The translations under genes were made by a program, and so were the position numbers. A stretch of DNA of 58,301 nt, filler included, from Sphacelaria rigidula (lineage: Eukaryota), in assembly GCA_964200075.2 (NCBI GenBank). It is 8 parts of 8 records of this genome, joined end to end, with 100 filler letters (N's around TTAATTAATTAA, not from the genome) between each part and the next. Parts side by side here need not be neighbours in the genome. Positions count along the whole stretch, not along the records: positions 36,503 to 43,702 come from CAXNAA020015996.1; positions 43,803 to 51,002 come from CAXNAA020015997.1; 6 more parts are not named here. One strand, 5' to 3'. Shown in pieces: positions 36,978-48,900 of the stretch (the first letter of the stretch is position 1; each line of letters opens with the position of its first letter). The notes beneath the pieces are model-generated. The model searched no databases, was not told the origin of the DNA, and saw only the letters and a list, made by a program, of their open reading frames with translations.

Positions 36978-37335
36978 TGTGTGTTTTGTGTGTTGCGTTG
37001 TCATTCCTATTTATTCTGAACGCCGGTCTACACAACTTCGGTATATGTGGGCGCACCAAGGTTACACAGGAGGAAAGGCAACACAGGAGTTTTTTTCCTC
37101 TATTTGTTTGTTTTTGATTCTCCACCTTCCTTCTGCGGTGCTTGCCTTTTATTTTTCATCATGATAGGGGTTCAGCGGTCACTTTCTAAGTCGAGTTTTG
37201 TATACCTGCGACATAGACGCTCTCCACTGTTCGGCATTGTGTGAGAAAAAACCCCAGCTCGCTCCGAGGTTCGAACCCACGACCCAACCGTCAGAAGGAG
37301 TCGAGATTACCAACTGAGTCACTGGGGTGACCAGC
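36978..37335 (-). mobile_element. tRNA-derived SINE, copy 3
   Basis: Reverse complement GCTGGTCACCCCAGTGACTCAGTTGG...GGTTCGAACCTCGGAGCGA, same body, degenerate CA tail. Confidence 0.85.
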
Positions 37336-37358
37336 GGTGCGTGGGTTGTTTTTATTTT

Positions 37359-38316
37359 CACACCCTGGACAATATGTCTTTCACTTGTCCAAAAAATAAA
37401 TACCCATTCAACTATCCATTCAATCCCAATCAATCAATCAATTTATTTATTTATTTTTACGAAGTATTATATATTTATCTTACGAGCTGGGCAAGCCAAG
37501 AGTAGGTGTGAATCTCGCTCAGGCGACGCACGGCGTGATATTAGGAGTTGGACGCTGAAATTTTGACAGCAGCTTTTTATGATCGAAATGCAGAAGATCA
37601 CGGGACCGGCAAATAAAAAAAGAGAAGGAGAAGAAGTTATGGGCATTTGAAATTCCAGCAAAAACAAGATGATGCCGTAGGTCCAGGAAAAAGAGGAGAA
37701 TCTGCAGCTGGACACATGAAGTATCAGTTCCTTGGGTGCAGCAGGTCTTCCTGAAATTTCAGCTCAAGGCTCGTCGAATTGGGCCGTGCGTTCAACATTT
37801 TCCGTGACGCTCCTGCACCCCTATGAATCAAGTGATGGTAGACTCCAATTATGGAGGTCATGAGTTCGAATCCCGACAGGTTCTCTTTTGTTTTCGTCCG
37901 TCGTTAAGGTAGTACATTATGCAGTACATTTTTTTCCTTTTTTTTTTCATTCAGCGGCGGTGCCGTGTGTCACCAGGTTGGTCTACACTTCACAGTGATA
38001 TGCTTACATCGGGTTCATTTGGGAAACTGGGGAAGCTGTTGTGTGAGCAAGTTTTAGCAGCTTTCAAGCTGGCCAAGCTCGTGTTGTTCTTGTCTTTTGC
38101 TCGTCCAACAAATAAAATTCAATCCCAACCAACCATCCAACCATCCAACCATCCATCCTCAAACAATCTTTAATTACTTCAGTAATAATATATATCAAAG
38201 CATTGCCAAAAAGTGTACTTTGCACAGTATCGACTATTGCGTCTATTGCAGCCTACACTTTATTCCATGCTGTACGCAGTGCACTTTATGACAATGTAAT
38301 CTTTGTCCAGGGTGTG
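37359..38316. mobile_element. 958-bp non-autonomous TIR element with probable 8-bp TSD (hAT- or P-like)
   Basis: CACACCCTGGACAA...TTGTCCAGGGTGTG (14-bp perfect TIR); flanks TTTATTTT / ATTATTTT. Confidence 0.65.
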
Positions 38317-38402
38317 ATTATTTTGGAATCAAGATGCAACCAAATCGACTGATTTACTCCCAGTGCAAACCGCAGATCGATCTTTCACGCCACCACACCG
38401 TA

Positions 38403-38765
38403 GCAAGTCGCCCCGGTGGCTCAATTGGAAACCTGGAAATCTTCTGACGGTTGGGTCGTGGTTCGAATCTCGGAGCCATCTGGGATTTTTTCTCACACAA
38501 CGCCCAACAGTGGAGAGCGACTATCTATGTCGTGGGTACACAATATTCGACGTAATGGTCGACGAGGGAGAGGAACCGCTGAACCCCTCTCGCGATAAAA
38601 AATAAAAGGCAAGCACCGCAGAAGGAAGGTGGAGAAATAGACAAACAAACACAACTCCTGTGTTGGCCTTCCTCCCGTGTGACCCCGGCTGGTGCGCGCA
38701 TATAGACCGAAAGGTGTAGACCGGCGTCCAAAATAGATGGGACGACAATACACAACACACACACG
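38403..38765 (+). mobile_element. tRNA-derived SINE, copy 4
   Basis: GTCGCCCCGGTGGCTCAATTGG...GGTTCGAATCTCGGAGC, same body, short CA tail. Confidence 0.88.
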
Positions 38766-38982
38766 AATCGAGCAGAGGGTTTCGACGCATTTTCACACCG
38801 CATGTGCCCAGTGTCCTGATGCAGCTGCTGGATTGTGTTCACGGGCATGATCTCGTGCATATTGTTGTAGAACGAAGCCATGAACAGAGGCTGCACGGTG
38901 CAACAGGACAGCATGGGCTGTGTACATTGTGTTTTTGTGTGGGCTGGTGACTGGCATTGTGGGGAGGTGACCGGTACAAGAA

Positions 38983-40343
38983 CAGTAGGGGACTCGATAT
39001 ATGGCGGTGGTGTGCGTGATGAAAGTTACCGCCTTATATCGGGCAGCCGCCTTATTCGGCGGTCTGACATTGCCTCATTGGGGCGATTTCAGCAGGGGTG
39101 TGTACGTATACATCTGATGCCGTACGACCCCGCTGGCAGTACATCTACATCCAATACATACCGTACAAGCCCTCTGGTAGATATAGACGAATAAGTTGTT
39201 CAAACCAACACTCTCTCTTGGGTGCTGATGCGAGGAACAAAGAATGTGTTACCTTCGTGAAGAACAATAGTCGAGAATAGCCAACATGGACCCACGCGAT
39301 AGATGAAAAGCAATTGTAGCACCGAAAAACACTTGTATTCGAGCTGCGTCCATGACGCTTGGCCCTCGGGTACGGCTCAAGCACTACTTCCCCAGGCGCT
39401 TGTACCTCTGAAAATGCAACCACTCTTTGCAACACACCTTGCTCTATGTGAGACAACAGCTCGAAGAATCCATTTATCCGCCTACAAGAATTCTCTCATG
39501 TCCGACTGCCGCACGGGTTTAGATGCGTCAGCTTTGATCATCGCCATTTTTGTAGAGCTCGGAAATGGTTTGTCTGACCATTAACCAGTTGGATGGTTAC
39601 GCGTAGTGCACTCATTTACCAGTTGAGTGGTATATAATGGTTTGGTCATTGTGCGGCGCAGCCGCGAGCCAAAAAGTCCCCCCCCGGCAGAGGGGGCCCC
39701 GCCGGAGGCGCCCCCGGAGGGCCCCGCTGGAGGTACGTTTTAACGCGATTTGGCTACACTAGAGCTAAAAAATGCGTCAAAATTTGGGCCAATTTTCAAG
39801 GGCTGTACGTAGCATGCGTAGCCGGTAACGGTAAATAATTGTTTGAAACCATTCTCCAAATGTTTCATATAACCATCATCATTGTTGCCATTATAATGAT
39901 AATGGTCAGTTATAGCTCATACCATTTCCGAGCTCTACATTTTGGCCTTCTGAAGGTGGAACGCAGCTTCGTGATTAAGGACGTCGAATTGTCGAATTCC
40001 ACCGCATTAAAAAAATACAATTTCGTGCGACCAAACACAAACAATGCGTGCGCGCGCGCCACGTGGTGTTTGTTGTTCCGTTCAAGCAGGGCGTTGATTG
40101 TTCGCTCGCCCAGGTGTCTTGTGTCAGAGAGGCACAGGTGCTTCATAGAGGGCGTACTGATCCGGAGATGATCATCGCCGTATATCGAGTTTGAGATAGA
40201 TAGTTACCGCCTTGTACAGGGCCCCGACCCGGTATAAGGTGGTGGCCGCCTTATGCCGGGTCTGAGTTGTGGGCGCAAATTTCGGCCGCCTTATATTGGG
40301 TATCCCGCCTTATTCACACCACCTTATATCGGGATCCCTACTG
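38983..40343. mobile_element. Degenerate pogo/Tc1-mariner-like DNA transposon derivative
   Basis: Ends CAGTAGGGGACTCGATATA / TATATCGGGATCCCTACTG followed by TA; CCGCCTTAT subterminal repeats at both ends; weak transposase-like remnant on the minus strand (SHR...VPEGQASWTQL). Confidence 0.6.
39553..39937. mobile_element. 385-bp hAT-type MITE nested in the element above
   Basis: Perfect 17-bp TIR TAGAGCTCGGAAATGGT; 8-bp TSD CATTTTTG / CATTTTGG. Confidence 0.85.
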
Positions 40344-40670
40344 TACTGTAGAGTGCTTGTACTATGTGCCGTGGGCCGCTGAATCGCGACTGGCAAATGT
40401 TTTATTTTGCACGCAAGAAATGAAATGAGCAAGCCACCACTCCGCACGTGGCGAGGAATGACGGGGATACTCTCACACTTTGTTCTGCCAAACCTCCTTT
40501 CCTAACCCACACCAATTGCAGGCGTTGTGGCAACTATTATTCTGCCATCCTGACACGATTTTACGGCGCAGTCAACCCAAGGTCGATCTGTGACATTCCG
40601 CAACCAAGGGGTTGGAGAAAATACTGCAAATAACGCCACAGTAGTGATGGAATTGGAAGCCACCTTTTAA

Positions 40671-41323
40671 CCCGTTGACAGCGACCCCCCCGCAGGTGGA
40701 CTGATTTGGACTATGCCCCATTTGGGGTTCAGAACTACTCTTTTCTCGCTACACATAACACCCTTTTCATGAACATGTGAGGATCGGTACGTGTTGTACG
40801 TCTTCACTGGATACAACGGCAAGAGACGGTGTAAGTGTGTCATAGCTCTCCATTGAACACAATTCACTGCGTGCTGCTGGTGCCTCAGCCTAGTGCTCAA
40901 CAACAACGCTACAGACGGTGTGAAGCTATGCTGGCAGCACATGAGGGGTCAGGTAGGCGGCGCAGACCACGAGCAGAGTACAGAACAAGTTATTTGTATC
41001 CACGTAATTTATGGTTGATTCCCCATGACCAAAATGAATCGTGGGGGTAGACAGCGAATTAGGCCGATTTAGTCCACCCGAACCGGAGCAAAAGTGCTCA
41101 TTTTGACGACCGTGATTGGTCAGAATGGGCATCCCGCGCCTGTCGGGCCTCGTGCACTGCTCACAATTTTCGCGGGAAGCTTCTGAGCACACATGGTTGA
41201 TCCCATGAGCTTCTCCGATGCTCTGCGTACAGACCCTCCCTCCCCCAAGCACTGGAACCCCCCGGATGTGTCAGGGCGATCAGCCTGTAAAACTGTTCTG
41301 AGGCGACGCTCGCTGTCAAAGGG
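40671..41323. mobile_element. 653-bp non-autonomous piggyBac-type element
   Basis: TTAA-CCCGTTGACAGCGA...TCGCTGTCAAAGGG-TTAA (13/14 TIR match). Confidence 0.8.
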
Positions 41324-41327
41324 TTAA

Positions 41328-41426
41328 CCCTTTGACCGCGAGGGTTGGTCACCAGCCGAATCGACATAAATTTTCTCTTGAAAAAGGTATGCATGGTCCA
41401 GATGGACCGCCCTTGCAGTCTAGGGG
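41328..41426. mobile_element. P100 piggyBac-type MITE sharing a TTAA with the 653-bp element
   Basis: TTAA-CCCTTTGACCGCGAGGG...GTCTAGGGG-TTAA; internal homology to 1431-1528. Confidence 0.85.
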
Positions 41427-41430
41427 TTAA

Positions 41431-41620
41431 TAGAGGTATCTCAAACTCGGCTCCCGGTTTCCTGGTCTGATGGCGGTTCATCAGATGATGAGACCTTTTG
41501 ACCGCCAGGTTAGGGCCTCCTGTGACTCGCCATCACTTTCACTTGAAAAAATATAATAGTACAAAACCCAGAGCCAGCGAATAAACCAGGAAACCGGGAA
41601 CCAAGTTTGAGGTACCTCCG
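41431..41620. mobile_element. ~190-bp MITE
   Basis: GAGGTATCTCAAACTCGGCTCCCGGTTTCCTGGT / ACCAGGAAACCGGGAACCAAGTTTGAGGTACCTC; a related small hairpin lies at ~7905-7987. Confidence 0.7.
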
Positions 41621-42075
41621 AAAATGTATTATCTGGCCGGTCAGGGAGAAAGTATATGACCCCCTGATGCCCCCCTAGAGAGCACCGTACGAATGTGGTG
41701 TTCAATGAAATCAATGGTCCTCAGGCCAAGTTTTGAAACATTATTATATATATATGCCCCACTCGTATCACAGCACGAACTAGCCATTTGCACGAAGTGT
41801 GCTAATTGATACGAAATTGGACACTGCTGTCAAAGAACGCTCTCCTGTACTTCTATGTCCGAACAAGCGCTTGTTTTTTGTATTGTAGCATGTGTGCGGA
41901 TAGGAAGACGCCTACACGTGGTACATCGCTTTCAATCCTTCTCTTGCAACTATGCACCGTGGATGCCCTACTACGCGGTATATTGTATCCAGCAAAATAG
42001 CTTTTTGCCGAAATGACGCGCAGAAGAGCATGACCCGAAGTTGCGATTCACCTCCAAGCGCAACTCGGTTCTTAA

Positions 42076-42182
42076 CCCTTACACGGCGAGAGTAGATCAT
42101 CGGTTGAATCGGCATCATTTTTTTATTAGAATCAAGTATGCATGATCTGGATGGACTACCCTCCTCGCTCGGGGTCCAAGGG
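42076..42182. mobile_element. P100 piggyBac-type MITE
   Basis: TTAA-CCCTTACAC...GTCCAAGGG-TTAA with family-internal motifs (GAATCGGCATCA, GTATGCATGATC). Confidence 0.8.
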
Positions 42183-42245
42183 TTAATAAGCAGAGATGTC
42201 CGATTCATCGTCTGCGTGACTGCCCTACTACGTGCCCTGTTGCAG

Positions 42246-42373
42246 GCGTGGCCGTGGCCATGGTGACCCTGGTGCCTTTGGTGATGATGCGCGGCTCCGT
42301 GAAGTTTTTGTTCGGGAAGAGCGGGATCGGGGTGCCGCTCCCCTACGAGCGATTCCGAAAATGCGCATACCTG
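42246..42373 (+). CDS. Isolated internal exon, hydrophobic peptide, product unknown
   Basis: ccctgttgcag|...|gtgaga boundaries; GC3-rich frame VAVAMVTLVPLVMMRGSVKFLFGKSGIGVPLPYERFRKCAYL. Confidence 0.6.
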
Positions 42374-42432
42374 GTGAGACGAATCTGATTGGTCGGTTGG
42401 TTCGGCCGGTGCCCCCCCCCCCCTCCCGGAGA

Positions 42433-42499
42433 GGGCTCCGTCTCGAAAGGGATGCGTGGTCAATGGTCACACGACTGAGGCAAGCAACAGATGAGTGCG
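42433..42499 (+). mobile_element. Short LINE 3'-end fragment in a C tract
   Basis: GCTCCGTCTCGAAAGGGATGCGTGGTCAATGGTC...GATGAGTGCG with CCCCCCTCCCG on both sides. Confidence 0.78.
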
Positions 42500-42704
42500 C
42501 CCCCCCTCCCGCCCCAAGAGGGTACAGACCCTTTCTTGGGGAAAAAAAGAAAGAGACAGTCCACCTGGAGGCGGTTGTAGGCGTGCCAGCTACTGTGTCG
42601 AACTCGGCCTACTTTGTCCGCTATTACTAAGTTAAACTGTTTGTACGTGCGGGATAGTCCTTGCGCTGAAGTTTTTCTGTGCTAGAGACAGTATTATTTT
42701 CGGT

Positions 42705-43197
42705 TCAGGCCGCTCCTTACGACAAACAAAAAAGTCCTGTAACGGTTCTTTTTTTGGTCCCTCTTCGTCGTTTTACGCCCTAAAAGGGAGCGAGGCGGAG
42801 TTTGACGTCTTGGAATGACTTGCTCTACTCATTTAGACGGTTCCAAAACATCTTTGCGTTTTCCGGTGGCCGCAGTATTTGTTTTGGCCAAACTTGTATT
42901 TTCTTTCCAAGAACGGTCAAGAACGGTCAAGAACGGTCGAATTTAGAGCAACAACAAACCGTCATTTTTCTCTGGACTTGATCGTCTCTGGACAAGAATG
43001 CTTGTTCAGCCAAAATAGAAACTACGGCCAGCGGAAAACGCGAAGATGTATTGGAATCGTCTCAACGAGTAGAGCAAGTGATTCCAAGATGTCAAACTCC
43101 GCCTAGCTCTCTTTTGGGGCGTGAAACGATGAAGAAGGACCAAAGAAGATTTTTTGCAGGACGTTTTTTTGTTCACCATAAGCAGCAGTCTTGTACG
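42705..43197. mobile_element. ~490-bp palindromic MITE (same family as 52298-52764)
   Basis: Arms pair over ~200 bp (GGCGGAGTTTGACGTCTTGGAAT / ATTCCAAGATGTCAAACTCCGCC). Confidence 0.8.
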
Positions 43198-45907
43198 TCT
43201 TTGGCAATCGGCACACGGTACGGTGTGTTCCGTTAACACTGCACTACGCCCAGTAAGCCTTACATCACGGCATGAACCTGTTTATGCTAGCCTGTCACGA
43301 GCTGGGACAGCCTAAAAACGTATGTTAGCTCTCAATGCCATATCTCATCGACCCGGACGAATTAGGGCGTGATCCGCATATCGTATTGATTGTCTAGTCA
43401 AGGGGGCGATCCCCATCTACTCGAAAATCTGGGCTGATTTCCCCTCCTTGGTTAAACGCCTTGTCGAGTCCAGCTGACGGTGACTTCTGGGCACAGCACC
43501 CATACATGGGGATAATTCTGTAGTGAATGAAATTATTTGCGCGAAGCGCGATTATGTCCGAGCCTTCAAGATTGGCACCCGGCAAACACTGAGGACCTGT
43601 TCAAAGTCAGCCGAAGACATAAAACATGGGACAGCACAAACACACTCACGTCCGCACTCATGTGCTGTAGCTATCACTGTTCTGTGGTGTGTGTAGACCT
43701 TGNNNNNNNNNNNNNNNNNNNNNNNNNNNNNNNNNNNNNNNNNNNNTTAATTAATTAANNNNNNNNNNNNNNNNNNNNNNNNNNNNNNNNNNNNNNNNNN
43801 NNGTGCGGCCCAACTGTGCATCGTAATTCCACCGCATTCTGTGAAACGAAACGTCCCCAAGCACGCTATCACGCGACCTTTTTGATACTTCCCAATACTC
43901 AATGTAGTAAAATAACATCGTCAAACTGCACCAACGGAGCAGCGGCGGTACTGCATGTCACCAGGTTGGTCTGCGGTTCACAGCGATATGCTCAAGTCGC
44001 ATTGACTCGGTAAACCTGAGAAGTTGTGGTGTTCTCGGGAAATGTTCTCTCTACAGCTGGACCAGCTCTAGGGGGTTTCGAAGTGGAAAAATCTAGCAAA
44101 AACATTGTCGCAAGAATCAAGTCGCAAAAACGCAGTTGCTAAAAAAACAGCTAGTCGAATTTATACCCGCAGCAGAAACCAAATTTACATTGTGGAATTG
44201 GAATTCGCATGTGGCTTTCGCCCCCTGAAACCAGCCCACTCTCCAAGTGGGGGGGACTGTCGCGACATCACTCGGTTGTTGTCTGGCTTTAGCTCATTTA
44301 TGATGTAGCGTGGAGTACACAAGCGCAGGTTGGTAGTCTTGGAGATTGAGTCCATTGAAGGCTGACAGCTGGCGAGGTGTCGCTTGTGGGAAATAATCCT
44401 CGTAAATGCCGTCCCGGAGATCGGAATTATGGAGCCCTGGGAACGTCAAGAGCGTGCTCTACACAACGCCAGATATAACATTAACCACCATCCCAATTTA
44501 CTCGTCGTACGTAGACCTACTACCGTACTCACTACAAGAGGACCAAAACAACGACAGCTCGACGATTGACACTTCTTCATCTACTTCACACCACCACATG
44601 ACGGTCCGACACACGACACAGAGAAGGGAAACAAAACAGAAGAGAGACGAGACGAGACGAAAACAATCAGGGAAAAAGCGCCCTGCCCGCTGTCTGCGGG
44701 GAAAGATCAGCGACGAGGATACATGCTGTGGTACCTGCATAATTGAAATACGTGCGAAGCAAACACATGAGAAATAATGACCAAAATCTAATACATCCTC
44801 CTGCACGCGCTGGAAACATGGCACTATTTTCCTAAATGGCCCGTAGAACAACACCCTCCCCCCCTCACCCCACACATACACCTCCCGGGACCCGTGACAT
44901 ACAAGAGCATGCACAACGTGTATGTAACTGCATAAGCGAACGAGCATACCCCGAAACAGAGAAACCAAGGTCAGTCGTCCCCAAAGCGCCACATACTTAC
45001 AAACTGACTAATATTAATCCGAAAGCACAAAACTCAACTTCCAACAACGAATTTCAGTTCTACTACCAGCCACTGGACAAGAAATCCCCGTGCAGGCAAT
45101 AAAAACTCACCGTCCATGGTTCCTTTTCTCGCTTCAGTTCCGTGAAATGCAACCTACTTGGTTGGCGCCGACAAGAACACTAGAGAAAAACAAATGCCAA
45201 CTGCACAAGCCACCAGAACTTTTACAACACATTCCCATGGCCCTTTCCGGGTCCTGGAAAGCACTGCATCAGCCACCAGACAAGACATCCCCGATACAAG
45301 AGGGGTGTGACAAGTAGCGTCCGAAGTCACACCCAGAAAAAATTACGGTTGACCCTGCCTCGACAAGGAAACAGAAACTCCACGAGCATGTATTTCAGGC
45401 CAACTGCCCCTTCTACCCTCCAACGGTAGAACATGTCTGCCGAGCAAGCGAAAATACGGACGGGGGCGCCTGTGTCTTCCCCTCTAATATAATATCATCC
45501 ACCTCCTTCATCATTGTCGACACCAAGGGTCGATCATGACCCCCCCCCCCCCCCCCCCCCACCCCTTTTCCCCCTCGCGTGCCAGGGGTACCTCCACCAT
45601 AGTTACGTCGATCATCCAAATCCAACAGGAAGCGCCACGCTCGTACATGAACTGTGATGGTACTTTTCCCCCTCATCTTCGTCAGTTGCATTCTACATTC
45701 AGGGTGGGGAGAAAATTGGGGAAAACAATAAAAAAAAACTGCAGCCGAGAGATGTCTCCTTTGCATGAAAAATGGGTGTGTCGCTAGTCGAACCATCAAC
45801 AGACGGGCCACCCGCACAGCCTCCTCCAGGAATCCAAGCCTCCGCAGGGGGAAAGGGGCGACGATAACATACAGGTATCTAGTACTCGTTATTCCTACTC
45901 AAGGCGT

Positions 45908-48900
45908 TCACCACTCCGAAGAGTTCTCGTCCACGTCGGCCAACGGGGCCCCGCTGCCCTGCAACTGGCTGCTCGAGGTATCATCGTAGTACTCCATGCT
46001 CTCGCCCCCCCCGCGGTAGCTGTCATAGTCGTAATCCCCGCTTTCCGGCATATCAGACCCGGAGCGCGCGCCACTGTGTCGCGTGCTCTCGCTGAACCCA
46101 CTCCGGGCGGTGATTATCTCTCGCCCGCTACGGTGCGCACTGTGACGGCTGCTCCCGTGGGCACCACCCGCGGCGCCCCCTCGCGATTGAACAGGCATCC
46201 CCTGACGGTCGTCATCTTCGGACGACACGTACGATGACACGTAAGATTCAGACGGCGCGTACGCGCTGTCCCCCCTGTCATCCTCCATAACGCTTCCCAA
46301 GTGGCTCATGGCCGCAGTGTCTGCGATACTCGCGCGCCCGGAAACATGACGGGCGCCCCCCATCCTCCCGCCCCCGCGATCACCGTACCCGCTGCCGCGA
46401 TGACTGTTCCGTGTGTCGTTGACATAACTGTAGTTTGACTCATCCCCATACTCCGACTCCCGGCCGTACACACTGGGGTCGTACTGGCTGTCGGCCTCGT
46501 AAACGCTGGGTTCGTACTGCGACATGAGATCGTGCGTGACGCCCCCATGATGGCTGCTGGGCGCGTATCCGCTCGGCGCGTACTTGGAGGGCCCAGACAT
46601 GCCGGTACCGGCTGACCTCGCGTCCTCATCATCGTCGTCCATCTCAGCGTCCCTCTGATCAGGCTCCTCGAACGCGTATCCGTACTGTCCTTGGCGCGCC
46701 TGGCCCGCGGTACGCTCGGCCTGCAGCTGCGAGAGACTGTGCTCGCTGAGGTGCGACTCGCTCCTGGACGACGTTCCCCCGTTTTCAGCCTTGAGCTCCT
46801 CCGAGGTAGGGCCCCCACCGATGATATGCTGGTGGGTTGGGGGCTTCGTTGTATCTTTGTGCAACTTGCGTTTCTCCCACGACTGAAAGTTGACGGGAAA
46901 GTGGAAAGGTGACAGACCGGGGCCGCGGAAAGGGGGATAAAAGGTGACGTTTTTGCATGCGTACACAGCGTTTTATTCCATGCGCACGAAGCGGTCTTTA
47001 TCGGCTTGCCCTTCAGCAATCGCAACCTCACTTGGCATGTACAAGACGCAGACCAAAACAAATGAACTGCGCAGGCAATCGCAAAACACACCAAACCGGA
47101 CCTCCAAGATGCACACCTACATCCGGACACCAAGTAAAGAACAACAGCCCAACCACTTGGTCCTCACCTGCGCCGCTGCCTTTGGTCGATAGTTGTTGGC
47201 GATATTATCCTCGATAACGGACGAGGGGGCCTCGCTGGGCGCCCGTTGGTGCATCTGGTAGTTAGGCTGGAAACTCTTGGTCGCGAGCGTTTCCGGGCTT
47301 GGCTTCTTCCTGTCACCGCGCGTGATGGCCACGTGCTTATTAGTCGGACCGAAGTTCCCTTCGCCCTTGGATTCCATGTCAGGGGTGTAGCCCAAGTTAC
47401 GCCGCATCTGGCCGGCCCTCCCCTCCTTCCCTTTGCGCTGGCGGTAGCAGCAGAAGCAGAAGCACAGGAAGGCCAGGGCTAAACCCAGCAGAGAGGACAG
47501 AACGATGATCCAGTCGATACTCTCATTGTCATCAGAAGAGTCGTCATCATCGTCATTCCCCCACTGTCGTGGGTGCGCGCGGGCAAAATGGAAAGCACGT
47601 GTACGCATTGAGATCATCAACAGGTCGTGGGAGGGGCGAGGGGCAGGGTTGCTGCAACCGAGTATTCAGGCAACCCCTTGGAGTGATTCGAAAAATTCCA
47701 CAGGTGTTTGATTTTCGGACATCAAATTCTGCTGTCAATGACTTGGGACACCACGACACAGCAAAGCAATGCACCGAAAGAATCTTGGCTTACTTTCCCC
47801 ACTCGAGAGTCCTAGGTTGAACATGCCAGAGGCCAATTGGGTATGAAATAAGATGCAATTTATGAGTTTTCTTAACGGCCTTCACAACATATGATGCATT
47901 TGTACAAGTACAGTTGGAATTTGGAGAGTCTCCGCTGCAAAATCTCGAGGTCTAGCGAATCGGGAAAATGGGCTGTGTTCCTCTGGATGGGTGATATTTG
48001 GTTTCAGGACACATGATGGCAAAACTTCTTGTTTGGGGGAACAAGACCAGAGCAAAACATCCCAAAACTCGAATATCGTCATTCCTCATACTTCCATAGT
48101 TGTAAGCAGAGACCTCGACAAGTGAGGTGAATACTGCAGCGATCCAAGAAACAGAACGGGCATAGATGAACCACAAAGCACCGTGTATGCGCAGCACCCT
48201 GTATCATGATGAGCTATTACATTGTGAAAAGGTGTATTGCATACATTGTCTACTATTGGGTCCATCACATTACACAATGGATCCCATACTGTACGCAGTA
48301 CACCTTTACAACAGCGTAAAATATCGTCATCATCCACGGTGTGGCAGCTTGTACCCTGTTCATTGTGCATGCAGTACATGTTTGCAAATGAGAGTGGTGA
48401 AGCATTTACCAGACCACGCAGTGAAGCATGTACCAGACCACGCTTGCCTATTACCAGCACTCACCCCGTCAGCAATTGCCGTAGAGAGCACGGTGGACAT
48501 CGCCTCGTCAGCGAATTGATCGCAGTACACGTTGTTGGACAACTGATCCAGGTCGCCCGTCACGGTGGCAAAACCATCGGCGCTACTGCCGGCATACACG
48601 AATCCATTTGTGGTCGTTGTTTCTGAATCCGACTCATCCACCTGATTCGCCGGAGCAGCAATGAAGAAAAAAAAAGGAAGGGAGGGTGGGAGCGGAATAT
48701 GTAAAGCGAGGTAATGAAACGGTTCAGATCTACGTGACAACCTCTCCGTGGGAGCCACGCGGTACGCGTGAACAAGCACAAAACCCCGCTGATATGGTTG
48801 GGTTTGTGCCTTTTCATATTACAAGAGGGTTCAGCAAAAGACTTGCGTAGTATCAAGCCATGCAGCGACCCTCCCATTTCCTCCCCACACCCAACCGAAA

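Noticed and set aside
37830-37880. Isolated B-box-like tRNA fragments (also ~50910-50980)
   Set aside because: Too short and degenerate to call as tRNA or SINE.
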